DNA of 64,000 nucleotides from Deltaproteobacteria bacterium (GTDB lineage Bacteria; Myxococcota_A; JAADFL01): NCBI GenBank assembly GCA_013152945.1, contig JAADFL010000205.1, positions 23,301 to 87,300 of the forward strand, read 5' to 3'. Shown piece by piece: positions 15,816 to 25,117 of this stretch (position 1 is its first letter; each line of letters starts with the position of its first letter). The notes under the pieces were generated by a model. It saw only the letters and a program-made list of their open reading frames with translations, ran no database searches and was not told where the DNA came from. The position numbers and the translations under genes were made by a program.

Positions 15816-18800
15816 TCAAAACACGTTTCGTTTCCTGGCAACCAGCCCTGCAAGAAACAATAAGCCAAGGACCTGTACGGGATTGAACGATCCAGAGGAT
15901 GCATTGCACTCGCAGCCGGAGGAACCTCCTGAAGTCTTTGTCGTGCCCGTGCCCGTGCTTGTGTCCGTATCCGTATCAGTATCTGTATCAGTATCCGTAT
16001 CAGTATCTGTGTCTGTATCTGTGTCCGTATCTGTGTCCGTGTCCGTGTCCGTGTCGATATCCAAATCAATATCCAGATCCAGGTCCGAGTCTGTGTCCGT
16101 ATCAGTGTCAATATCTGCATCTGTATCTGCATCGGTGTCGGTGTCGGTGTCTGTGTCTGTATCTGTATCCGTGTCCGTGTCTGTATCCGTGTCCGTGTCT
16201 GTATCCGTGTCTGTGTCTGTGTCAACATCCGAATCGCCGCCCGGGCACTCGGTCTTGAGATTGTACGTATCCAGTTCACCGGTTGAATCGTGCTGCCTAA
16301 GCAGTTCGACAATAAGCAGGAAGTCACCGGTCTGCTGGAAAGTGTAATCGATCTTGCCGGAGTAACCGTCATCTTTCAATGGGTTTCCCTGCCAATCCAT
16401 GAGCATCATGGCCATATACCCGTCACTTACCGGGTGTTCGAGTTTGAATATGAACTCATCTCCGGCAGACGCACTAAGGCTGAAACCATCCAACCAAATG
16501 TAATAACCCTGTTGCTTGTCATAGGATTTTTCATCGATGAAATCTCCATCATAACAGTCATTGCAAGCAAGCGGATTCGGGTCCCATTGTCGTTTCGTCA
16601 GGTCCGGCTCTTTCCCCTTTTTACACGATATACAGTTGTCATCCACTATTTTATTGCAGTCATCATCTACCTGGTTGCACCACTCCTTGGCTCCGGGATG
16701 GATCTTGTATAGGTCGTCGTCGCAGTCCCGGCCTCCACACTGGTCTGAAATGAAGGTATCCTTGTCAAGGTCGCAGTCGATTGTAGCCTTCGCAACAGCA
16801 ACGGCCGGGTTGCCCGTCCCATCGTCGGGATCATCGTATTCAGCCTTTACTTCATCTCCATCATTGACCTGTAGCTTGCCGTCTGAAGAAGTCGTGCCGT
16901 AGACCAGGTCTATCTTAGCAATGAACGTGCTCGTATCAGGACCTGTCTCTTCAAGATCGATTTTCTCGGGCACCGGTTCAGTGTTACTGGAAATCTTGAT
17001 GACAAGGTGGTCTTTTTGTTGTTTGTCCGTGTTGCCGCCCGAATCCATGACAGTTGCGGTTATTTGTTCCGGGGGCCTGTACACGGCCTTGTCCAGGCTC
17101 AATCGGCCGTGCTCGTCCACCTTGATGTAATCCCTGATTTGAAGCGCGGGATCACCGAACAGGTTTATTCCGTATATGACGAAACGCATACCAATTTCTC
17201 CGATTTTATCGATTCCGGCCTCCCTGGAGGCTGCATTGGCCTCGCCGAGTCTTTTCTTTCCCTTGTTCAGCAGGGCATCGAAAAAACTCAGATCGAGCAA
17301 TTGGGACGGGGAATCATCCGGAGTAAAACCTGCCAACCCGAAACGATTGTTCATGACTGCGGCAAAGGCCCCTGCAGGTCCTGTAACCTGGTGCTCTGCA
17401 ATACAATCGTCCGGTATGGGCACGCGGTCGTTCATATTCCGTGAGGGCATGAAGATGGAGCGGTTGTCAAAGCATCCTGCATAGCAACCCTGGGAATAGT
17501 CCAGGTAGTAGTCCGCATTCCTCAATCCGTCTATATCCTTTGTGGTGATGAGCATGTTGTGGGTCTGGTCGGAGTGTCCCAGGTGGTTCAACATGTTCAT
17601 GCCCTGGTTCAATACTGAAAGAACGTCTTCAGCTCCCCACCAGTTATCTTTCTGGTACATGACCGAGACATCGAAGAAGGGCTTGTCTGCGAATACCTGC
17701 TGGTGTATCTGCTCCTTGAAGGGTTTTGCGTATAGGTCATCAGTGCCGTATTGGTCGCCGGAAAACAAGAACTCGCCGATCATCCACACCTTCTTCAGTG
17801 AATCGCCTATGGAGTCCTCGTAAGCAAGTGTCTTGCGTACAAAGTTCTCCATCTCGTTGACACTATCGACAGGCGCCCTGCCCACAAAAACCTCGGAGAG
17901 CAAGTCAACGTCACCACCATCGTCTCCATCGTTTGCTTCTCCATACTTTCCGTTGGCATTACCATCAAAGGTGCCGTCGAGGTTGGAATAATAAAGATCC
18001 GATGCACTGTAATCTCCCTCGCTGTCGCCAAAATCAGAGAAAAAATATCTTGCCGGTACGAGAACGTCACCGGATTCGCCGCCTGCATCGCCGAAGTCGG
18101 CGTCACCACCGAGCAGCACGTACCTTGTGTTCCAATTCGTGTACGCGTCCTTGATGAAATTCCTCACCCTTGTTGCATCGTCCGAATCACCATCGGGTCT
18201 CTTGCCGTCATATTCGTTCCTTATCCACTCCATGGTCACGACTTTGCCACGGAGCCCCTCGCTGGTCCTCTTATCGGCCAACGCCTGAAACGTGTGATCC
18301 CCGTCTTCCGAGGCCAATGCCTCTGTCGTGATGATTACATATGGATAATCACCCGGTTCCAGGGATGTATAGAGCGACAAAGGGATCCTGGATAGGCCTG
18401 GATACGATGCCGAGTCGGACGGATTCAGGACCTGTTTCTCAACCAGTGCCCGGTCTTTGGGAAGGCCCGAGTAACCTGCATGCAGATCCGTATCCGGCTT
18501 GTTTGTCCGTGCCAATTCCACTTGTACGTCGAATTTTGCATGAAATCCGAGTTTGCCGCTCGATGGATTATACTCCACCGGGTAAAGCCTCAAGACAAGG
18601 ATTCTATAACCTCTCATGATATGCACGCCCAGGTTGTCGAAATTACGGCCGGGATAGGGCTGCAACGACGAGTAAACAGATGCATTTTCCCTTGGAACCG
18701 GCATTACCATTCCGGGCATTATCGGCACGGGCTTGGTCGCCGGGAGAACCTTGTGCACTCCGGGCAACATGGTCGTCTTGTCTGACGTGACCTTGATGCT

Positions 18801-19088
18801 AAAAGGTGCTTCGCCGAAAGGCACGAGCAACTTCACGGTTTTTGCAGGTAGCCTCGGCTCACCGGCCAAGCCGTATGTGCTACATCCCGGAACCTTTACA
18901 AGTTCATATTTCCCTATTTTTTCAATAACCGGCGGTCCATCCATTTTTACATTGAAAACCATGTCTGGGTCACCGGCCGCAACCAGGGAGCCGGGAAGAA
19001 AAATCACTGAAAAAAGGAAAACAGCAGGAATTACGATCAGGCGCAGACGAAAAAATTTGTTCAAAGCACACCTCCAAGCAAAGCGCAC
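15816..19088 (-). CDS. Clan CD gingipain-like (C25) cysteine peptidase with Cys/Asp-rich repeats, PPC-like domain, TD-repeat linker and Cys-motif C-terminal sorting signal
   Basis: ORF of 1090 aa with a signal peptide. A 'LNHLGHSD' His and, about 30 residues later, a '[12 protein letters not shown]' Cys match the C25 His/Cys dyad spacing. Contains CxxxDxD-type Cys-rich repeats. About 95 aa of DTDTDT. The C-terminus is 'GCECNASSG' + hydrophobic transmembrane segment + 'RKRNVF'. Confidence 0.7.
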   Translation of the reverse strand: MRFAWRCALNKFFRLRLIVIPAVFLFSVIFLPGSLVAAGDPDMVFNVKMDGPPVIEKIGKYELVKVPGCSTYGLAGEPRLPAKTVKLLVPFGEAPFSIKVTSDKTTMLPGVHKVLPATKPVPIMPGMVMPVPRENASVYSSLQPYPGRNFDNLGVHIMRGYRILVLRLYPVEYNPSSGKLGFHAKFDVQVELARTNKPDTDLHAGYSGLPKDRALVEKQVLNPSDSASYPGLSRIPLSLYTSLEPGDYPYVIITTEALASEDGDHTFQALADKRTSEGLRGKVVTMEWIRNEYDGKRPDGDSDDATRVRNFIKDAYTNWNTRYVLLGGDADFGDAGGESGDVLVPARYFFSDFGDSEGDYSASDLYYSNLDGTFDGNANGKYGEANDGDDGGDVDLLSEVFVGRAPVDSVNEMENFVRKTLAYEDSIGDSLKKVWMIGEFLFSGDQYGTDDLYAKPFKEQIHQQVFADKPFFDVSVMYQKDNWWGAEDVLSVLNQGMNMLNHLGHSDQTHNMLITTKDIDGLRNADYYLDYSQGCYAGCFDNRSIFMPSRNMNDRVPIPDDCIAEHQVTGPAGAFAAVMNNRFGLAGFTPDDSPSQLLDLSFFDALLNKGKKRLGEANAASREAGIDKIGEIGMRFVIYGINLFGDPALQIRDYIKVDEHGRLSLDKAVYRPPEQITATVMDSGGNTDKQQKDHLVIKISSNTEPVPEKIDLEETGPDTSTFIAKIDLVYGTTSSDGKLQVNDGDEVKAEYDDPDDGTGNPAVAVAKATIDCDLDKDTFISDQCGGRDCDDDLYKIHPGAKEWCNQVDDDCNKIVDDNCISCKKGKEPDLTKRQWDPNPLACNDCYDGDFIDEKSYDKQQGYYIWLDGFSLSASAGDEFIFKLEHPVSDGYMAMMLMDWQGNPLKDDGYSGKIDYTFQQTGDFLLIVELLRQHDSTGELDTYNLKTECPGGDSDVDTDTDTDTDTDTDTDTDTDTDTDTDTDTDTDADTDADIDTDTDTDSDLDLDIDLDIDTDTDTDTDTDTDTDTDTDTDTDTDTDTDTDTSTGTGTTKTSGGSSGCECNASSGSFNPVQVLGLLFLAGLVARKRNVF
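15950..16240 (-). repeat. (GAYACN)n-type hexanucleotide tract encoding (Thr-Asp)n in the peptidase gene
   Basis: The plus strand reads gtatccgtatcagtatctgtatc and similar units. This yields TD repeats on the minus strand and SV/PY/LC artefact ORFs in other frames. Confidence 0.85.
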
Positions 19089-19457
19089 GCCTATACTGCA
19101 ATAATTTTCATCAAGGCATATTACATGTATGCAGCATCATCCGGCAAGCCCGGTTTCGCGATATGTTTCAAGCCGGGTCTCGGATTCTCCCCGGCCGAAG
19201 GGGGACTTTTTAGGATGAATCTTGTTTGACCGGTTACCGCGGGTCGGGCTGTCAAGAGCATTTATGGCCTGATCGCAGATAATGGCGGAGCACTCTTTTT
19301 TGAATATCATGAGTACAAAAACAAGCATGTTCCTGCATACCGTTTGAACCAAGGGCCGTCATCTGAAAAAAACCACGTCCAGTTGAGAATATTTTATCTT
19401 TTTGATTTATCGAATCTTTGCCAAGCCGGCAACTGAATTCACGATGCAAAAAGAAAG

Positions 19458-19850
19458 TCACTTTCCTCCGGGAATTACCAGGGTGGGACGGCTTTCCATT
19501 ATGCCGCTTTTCGGTTTCTGCCTGACCCTGTGAGATGATAATCTGTCCAAGCCGGTCTTTCCCTTTTCGAATACGATAACATAACCACCGACCTGGATCT
19601 TGTCTCCATCCCGGAGTTTCGCCTTTTTTACATCCACGGTATTCACCCTGATGCCGTTGCTGGATCCATTGTCTTCGACAATAAACCCGCCCTCCTGGGC
19701 AGAGTAACGAATCACAGCATGGTGTCTTGACACAAGTGGTGAATCCAAGGAAATGTCGGCAAAGGCATGTCGTCCAATCGTGATATAGTCTTTGACGAAA
19801 TCATTGGTCCAGAGAGTTCTTCCTGTTTGCATTAGGGTGATTCTCGGCAT
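19458..19850 (-). CDS. FHA-domain protein
   Basis: 'ITIGRHAFADISLDSPLVSRHHAVI ... GSSNGIRVN' matches FHA-core residues (GR..D..L...SR.HA.I, S.NG). Confidence 0.75.
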   Translation of the reverse strand: MPRITLMQTGRTLWTNDFVKDYITIGRHAFADISLDSPLVSRHHAVIRYSAQEGGFIVEDNGSSNGIRVNTVDVKKAKLRDGDKIQVGGYVIVFEKGKTGLDRLSSHRVRQKPKSGIMESRPTLVIPGGK

Positions 19851-20156
19851 GATTCCTCCAATCCTCCCCTTGAATTTTCATTGCTGCAAAAAAAGAGCCA
19901 TGTTGTGCGTCAATATTCCCTGGTGGTTAGTAACTAATATAATACTATAATTTAAAGGCAAATACAGGTGTACAATTTTTTTTAAGGTATTTTACCTTGT
20001 ACCCAAGCTTTGAAAAAATTTCAATGTATTGAAAAGTTTTCATAGCAAAATAATTACTACGCCTATTGCATGGAACAGCTCTATTTGTAAAAAAATATGG
20101 AAAAATACCTTGATTCCCTTTTCTACAAAGGATTCAATCTGATAGCATAAAGTGCC
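19851..20156. promoter_or_regulatory. AT-rich divergent intergenic region (promoters for the FHA gene and the S8 peptidase gene)
   Basis: About 300 bp that is markedly AT-rich relative to flanking coding DNA. Contains A/T tracts (aattttttttaagg, aaaaaatttcaatg). Confidence 0.35.
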
Positions 20157-22712
20157 ATGGATTTATCGAAACAGATTTTAGTCATCTTTTTTTCTATCTT
20201 GTACAACTTGAGCCTTTTCTTTTGGCCGGGACAGGCCTTTGCAAAAATGCTGTACGTGCAGGGCGGACCCGTACAAGCCGAAACAATCGTAAACGATTGC
20301 AGCCGGGTTTCATCCCGCGTGCTGGTTGTACAAGCAAGGGATACTGCTCTGGACCTTCTGCCTATACTGGATAAGATAGGAGCCAAGGTGCTCGCTTACC
20401 TGGCCCGGGATTCGTACATAATAGAATCACCTGTCAGTCCCTGTTATTTCGAGGCCGGGAAGATCAAAAAGGAAATAATCTATACAGGCGAGGTAAAGAA
20501 AGAGTGGAAGATCCACCCGGACCTGCTTTTGCAGACACCTGGAACTACCCGGGTTATGGTCCTTGGTTTCAGGAACAAGTCAATTGTTTCAGCCCTGGAC
20601 AGGATCCCGGCCGGCCTGGGTGTCATCGTATCCACGGGCAAGGATTCGAGTAAAACGGAATATGCAATAATCGATGCTTCTCCCGGAAAGGTGAGGGACT
20701 TGGCAATGAACTTGGCTTCCTGCGACTTTGTCGCCAGGGTGGATCCTGTGTACCCCGTGACCCCGGACAACGATGATTCCACGTGGGTTATACAAGGGGG
20801 AGACAATACCACGCCTCTTTTCGACAATGGAATAAATGGACTGGGCCAAGTAATCGGAATAGCAGACAGCGGGCTGGACACGGATGCATGCCAGTTCAGG
20901 TATTCACCGGAGCCTTCGGCACAAACCTTTTTCAACCAGACCCAGCCACCGGACTTCCTGGTGACCAACCCTGAATCAAAAGTCATAACCTATTACCTGT
21001 TGAACGGCGCCACGGCTTACGATGACAAGTCCAAGCTAGGACACGGGACGCATGTTACGGGTTGCGCGGCAGGGGATTCATTTTCAAACCTGGCGGGAAA
21101 GGGAGGCCCTGGAAGGGATCATGGAGATGGCATGGCTCCCGCCGCCCAAATCGTATTCCAGGATATAGGCAACAGGGACGGGAACCAATCGGGATTGCCT
21201 GACTCACTGGTGGACCTGTTGGTCCAGGCACATGCTTCAGGAGCGAGGATCCATGTTGATGCATACGGTCTGACAAAAAAAGAAACGAGGTACACCGGAA
21301 GGGCCTGGCAGGCGGATGAGGCGATCTGGATGTTACAGGACCTTGTAGTAGTATTCAGTTCCGGGAACCAGGGCCCTGTTTCGGCAAGCCTCGACGGTTT
21401 GGGCTCTACGGCCAAGAATGTTCTTACTGTGGGGGCTTCTTTACCGGGCAGGGATAACCTGGGAAGAGGAGTTTGCGCCTTCAGTTCACAAGGCCCGGCT
21501 TCCGACGGCAGGTTAAAGCCTGATTTTGTGGCCCCGGGCGTGGTCAAGTCGGCATTGGAAACACAATGGATCGATCGTGGCGGCCGGGACGTGTACGGCC
21601 ATCCCCAAGCCGACTCCACTACGGATCCCGGTGACAATAATTGCGCCGTGGACCAGAATTACCGCGTTGGAACCAGTTTCTCAGCGCCCATAGCAGCAGG
21701 TGGAGCCGCCCTGGTCAGGCAGTATTTCATGGACGGATACTACCCGGGAGGAATCGCAGGCAAGGGAACGAAGCTCGAACCTTCCGCGGCCCTGGTCAAG
21801 GCAGTGATGATAAACTCGGCCAACAGCATATTCGGCCCCTTATGGGATACCACGCAGGGAAAGAAACTAGCCAACCTCGATCCTGCGCCGACCATGATAC
21901 AGGGGTGGGGTCTCTTGACCCTTGGAAGGACTCTACTCTTTCCGGGCGCACAAGAAAAACTCGTATTGCTTTCCGACACGTGGAACGATGGTCTGGACCG
22001 GGGAGCCAAGGCGTGGCCCAGCTTGGCCCAGGGCGACATAGCCGAGTTTACGCTTCACCGGGTTTCAACCAATCACATGCATCCCTTGAGGGTGACCCTT
22101 GCGTGGATCGATCCTTCCGGAGCTACAGGTTCGTCGAGGTGTCTTGTAAATGATTTGGACCTGGAGGTCGAAGATTCAAAGGGTACCTTGTTCAAGGGTA
22201 ACAAAGGGTTTGAAAGAAACAGGAGCACGCCTGTTTCAGGCAGCGAGCCTGCCGATAACCTTAATACGGTTGAGCAGGTCATCACCGAGGACGTGGCCGA
22301 GGGTGAGGTCACTCTAAGGGTGATAGCAAGGAGTGTGCCCGGAAACGGCGCAACTTCACCGTATGATTCAAAGAGGCAGGGCTTTGCACTTATCGCAGTC
22401 GGGCTCATAGGCTCGGGTTCCGCCAGCGAGCAGGCCGTGAGCGAAGAACCCGGAAATGAGATTGCGGAATCGAGCTTTGAGCCCGATGCTTCGATCGAAG
22501 GCCGTGAGGCTGATGCCGCGGATCTTGAAGATGCAGTGTCCAATGACCCGGACCTGATGCAGGATGGTGGAACAATACAGATTGTAGGCGGGTGCGGCTG
22601 CTTTACATCAGGAGGTCATGACAACATTCGCGTGACGCACTTGCTCCTATTGGTCGGTTTATTTTTATTATTGCCGGCGTTCAGGAAGATCAGGGAGAGG
22701 AGAGAAAGATGA
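20157..22712 (+). CDS. Subtilisin-like serine peptidase (S8) with C-terminal Cys-motif sorting signal
   Basis: Catalytic triad motifs 'GIADSGLDTD', 'HGTHVTGCAAG' and 'GTSFSAPIAAGGAALV'. N-terminal signal. The C-terminus is 'GGCGCFTSGG' + transmembrane helix + 'RKIRERRER'. Confidence 0.9.
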   Translation: MDLSKQILVIFFSILYNLSLFFWPGQAFAKMLYVQGGPVQAETIVNDCSRVSSRVLVVQARDTALDLLPILDKIGAKVLAYLARDSYIIESPVSPCYFEAGKIKKEIIYTGEVKKEWKIHPDLLLQTPGTTRVMVLGFRNKSIVSALDRIPAGLGVIVSTGKDSSKTEYAIIDASPGKVRDLAMNLASCDFVARVDPVYPVTPDNDDSTWVIQGGDNTTPLFDNGINGLGQVIGIADSGLDTDACQFRYSPEPSAQTFFNQTQPPDFLVTNPESKVITYYLLNGATAYDDKSKLGHGTHVTGCAAGDSFSNLAGKGGPGRDHGDGMAPAAQIVFQDIGNRDGNQSGLPDSLVDLLVQAHASGARIHVDAYGLTKKETRYTGRAWQADEAIWMLQDLVVVFSSGNQGPVSASLDGLGSTAKNVLTVGASLPGRDNLGRGVCAFSSQGPASDGRLKPDFVAPGVVKSALETQWIDRGGRDVYGHPQADSTTDPGDNNCAVDQNYRVGTSFSAPIAAGGAALVRQYFMDGYYPGGIAGKGTKLEPSAALVKAVMINSANSIFGPLWDTTQGKKLANLDPAPTMIQGWGLLTLGRTLLFPGAQEKLVLLSDTWNDGLDRGAKAWPSLAQGDIAEFTLHRVSTNHMHPLRVTLAWIDPSGATGSSRCLVNDLDLEVEDSKGTLFKGNKGFERNRSTPVSGSEPADNLNTVEQVITEDVAEGEVTLRVIARSVPGNGATSPYDSKRQGFALIAVGLIGSGSASEQAVSEEPGNEIAESSFEPDASIEGREADAADLEDAVSNDPDLMQDGGTIQIVGGCGCFTSGGHDNIRVTHLLLLVGLFLLLPAFRKIRERRER

Positions 22713-24616
22713 GAAACAGGGTACCAAGGATCATGGCGCTGTTCCTGCTTTGGATTTCATTGCCATGTGTTTCGTGTTCGAAAAAGGATAGCAATAAATC
22801 CAACGAACCGGCATGCACGATGCCTGACGTTCCCGACGTAGTTCCTGACCCGAACGCCAAGAAGTTTGCGCTTACCATGTTTCATTACAACCTGGAGTAC
22901 GTGGTCGGCGGGCTCGAAGCAGTGGATGGTTTCGATAGTTTCTGCGGCAGCCCGTGTGACGGCTGGGACAATGACAAAGTCGAAGACTGGATAATCGAGG
23001 AAACATTCGCCCCTGTATTGCATTTCTACATGCAACACCCAAAGTGGAAGGTGAATTTCGAAATGCAGGCATACATGCTCAAGGTCATGGCACAGAGGTT
23101 TCCAAAGGTGCTGGACGACCTTCGTGACGCGGTTGCATCCGGCATAGTGGAACTGACCAGCTTTCATTACGCAGACCAGCTCTTTCTGGCGTACCCGAAG
23201 GAAGATATGGAGAAATCCCAGGAATTGACGCAAAAGATATTCAAGGATAACTGCGTTCCATTGTCAGGAGTGGTCTTCAACCAAGAGGGCCAGGCAGGTG
23301 AAGGAAGACAGCAGTTCCTTGCCGAACACGGGTACAATATCGGTGTTTTCCCTAAGAATCTCTTCAAGTATTTCCGGCAAGGCGAAAAATTCTGGCCATA
23401 TTACAAGACCAGATTCGGTGCGTACATGATAATCGGTCCGGGCGACCTCGACCCGGATTCGGGCATACAGGTGTCCTGGCCCTTTTTCAATGACGGTGAA
23501 CTCCTGGCTACAGGCAATTTGCCGCCTTATATGGCGCCTGTTGCAAGCTACAAGCCCAAGTACCTTGATGAATACGCCAAGAAATTACAGGACCTCGAGG
23601 ACCAGGGATACAAGATCGCCACCATTTCCGAGTACGTGGAAAGCCTCAAGGCCCAGGGTATTGAATTGAAAGATGCGCCGCCCCTGCTGGACGGGACATG
23701 GCAACCTCCGTCCACTGATTCAATACACAGGTGGCTTGGAGGCATGGGTGACGCCCCGTATTCGCCGGCCCAGGAACAAGACAACATGGTGAGAGCCGGT
23801 AATGCCCGTGCCGGGATCGCCTTGAAGGCGGCCCAGGCCCTGTACCGCCACGTCAAGGCGACAAAGGGAGGAGACCCGGCAATTGAGAAGAAGATTGAAG
23901 ATGATTGGATCAGCTTATTGAGGGCCGAGGTAAGTGATGCAAGCGGTGTAAATCCCTGGGCTGGAGAAGTCAGGTGGTCCCTGGATCTCAACAAGGCAAT
24001 ACAGGAAGACGCAGGGCAGATAATCGATGATTTGAAATCCCGTATTTCTGCCAAGGTTGTAGCCATAGATCTTGGGAGCGGTCAGGTCGCGGTACTGGAT
24101 GAAATCCCCGGAGAAAATTTAGAGGAAACAGAAGAGCCAATCACGGGATTCATGGTTTCAGGACCTGGCAGAGATATTCAGACGACCTGGTACAAGTTAT
24201 CCGATAGCCGTTACAGGGTGAAACTGGACTTTTCCAAGGTAACCGGGGGAGAGGATAGGAAAATCACCGTCACCTTTCCCTGGACCGGCACAAAAATCGT
24301 GTACTCGCCGGGCCTGATGGATGACCAGGTGGTCGAGTACAACATCTCTGATTTCTCGTTTTCAAAGGATGAAGTATTCCTGCCACTTTCGAACGGCCTG
24401 ATCGGCCTTGGCGGAGGTTGGTTCGTGATAAAACATGTCAGGTACAACCATATTGCAGCAAGGGTACCGGCTTCAGGAGAAAACATACAATTCATAGATG
24501 AAACCCAGCCGCCTGATCAGGCGGTAACGTGGAAATTCGAACTGGTCAAGGGCACAAAGGAACAGGCCCTTGAAGTGGCAAGGAGCATCAATATTACTCC
24601 GACCGTGTATTACTGA
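22709..24616 (+). CDS. Hypothetical secreted protein (possible (beta/alpha)-barrel carbohydrate-active fold, unassigned)
   Basis: ORF of 635 aa with a signal peptide. Its start overlaps the S8 stop (ATGA). No confident family match by eye. Confidence 0.6.
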   Translation: MRNRVPRIMALFLLWISLPCVSCSKKDSNKSNEPACTMPDVPDVVPDPNAKKFALTMFHYNLEYVVGGLEAVDGFDSFCGSPCDGWDNDKVEDWIIEETFAPVLHFYMQHPKWKVNFEMQAYMLKVMAQRFPKVLDDLRDAVASGIVELTSFHYADQLFLAYPKEDMEKSQELTQKIFKDNCVPLSGVVFNQEGQAGEGRQQFLAEHGYNIGVFPKNLFKYFRQGEKFWPYYKTRFGAYMIIGPGDLDPDSGIQVSWPFFNDGELLATGNLPPYMAPVASYKPKYLDEYAKKLQDLEDQGYKIATISEYVESLKAQGIELKDAPPLLDGTWQPPSTDSIHRWLGGMGDAPYSPAQEQDNMVRAGNARAGIALKAAQALYRHVKATKGGDPAIEKKIEDDWISLLRAEVSDASGVNPWAGEVRWSLDLNKAIQEDAGQIIDDLKSRISAKVVAIDLGSGQVAVLDEIPGENLEETEEPITGFMVSGPGRDIQTTWYKLSDSRYRVKLDFSKVTGGEDRKITVTFPWTGTKIVYSPGLMDDQVVEYNISDFSFSKDEVFLPLSNGLIGLGGGWFVIKHVRYNHIAARVPASGENIQFIDETQPPDQAVTWKFELVKGTKEQALEVARSINITPTVYY

Positions 24617-24655
24617 TTACTTCACCTTTCTCGTCGAATATTATATTTTTCAACA

Positions 24656-25087
24656 TTAGGTTGCAGCTCTTGATTCAAGATATTTTTTGACTTTGATATA
24701 CTCTTTCAACCTGTTGAAGTCTTTTTCAGTTGGATTTTCCATCCTATTCAGATCCATGTTGTCTTTGACGTCGGCAAGTTTCACTACCAGGGCAATCGGG
24801 TTTTCCGCAGCTCTTTTCGCAGCATCCATACGGGATTCACCTTTTCTTCTTGTCAGGGCCTCAAGCGCCTGCAAGGCTTCAAAAGGAAACCCCAACTTTT
24901 GGAGATCGCCAAGTGTTGTGGGCGTATCTTCTACAATGTCGTGCAGTACGGCTACAATTTTTTCCAAGGGCTTGGATACAGCGAACATCACACGAAGCGG
25001 ATGAAATATGTACGGCGCTCCCGCCTTATCCCTCATGCCTGCGTGTTCCCGTGATGCCAATTCAATGGCTTTTTCAATAGTACTCAT
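24656..25087 (-). CDS. HD-domain small alarmone hydrolase (RelA/SpoT-homolog hydrolase-only, Mesh1-like)
   Basis: 'EHAGMRDKAGAPYIFHPLRV ... LHDIVEDT' corresponds to the (p)ppGpp hydrolase HD motif HxGQxRKxGxPYIxHPL ... HDVVED. Confidence 0.8.
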   Translation of the reverse strand: MSTIEKAIELASREHAGMRDKAGAPYIFHPLRVMFAVSKPLEKIVAVLHDIVEDTPTTLGDLQKLGFPFEALQALEALTRRKGESRMDAAKRAAENPIALVVKLADVKDNMDLNRMENPTEKDFNRLKEYIKVKKYLESRAAT

Positions 25088-25117
25088 AGTACTACCTGCA
25101 CCTTCCCGATCTGAATA

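Noticed and set aside
15712-16372. ORFs 15712..16347 (+), 15788..16372 (-) and 15899..16258 (+) across the second hexanucleotide tract
   Set aside because: Same artefact. Repeat-driven open frames yield SVSV, TRIQ and PYLC peptides inside the well-supported minus-strand peptidase gene.
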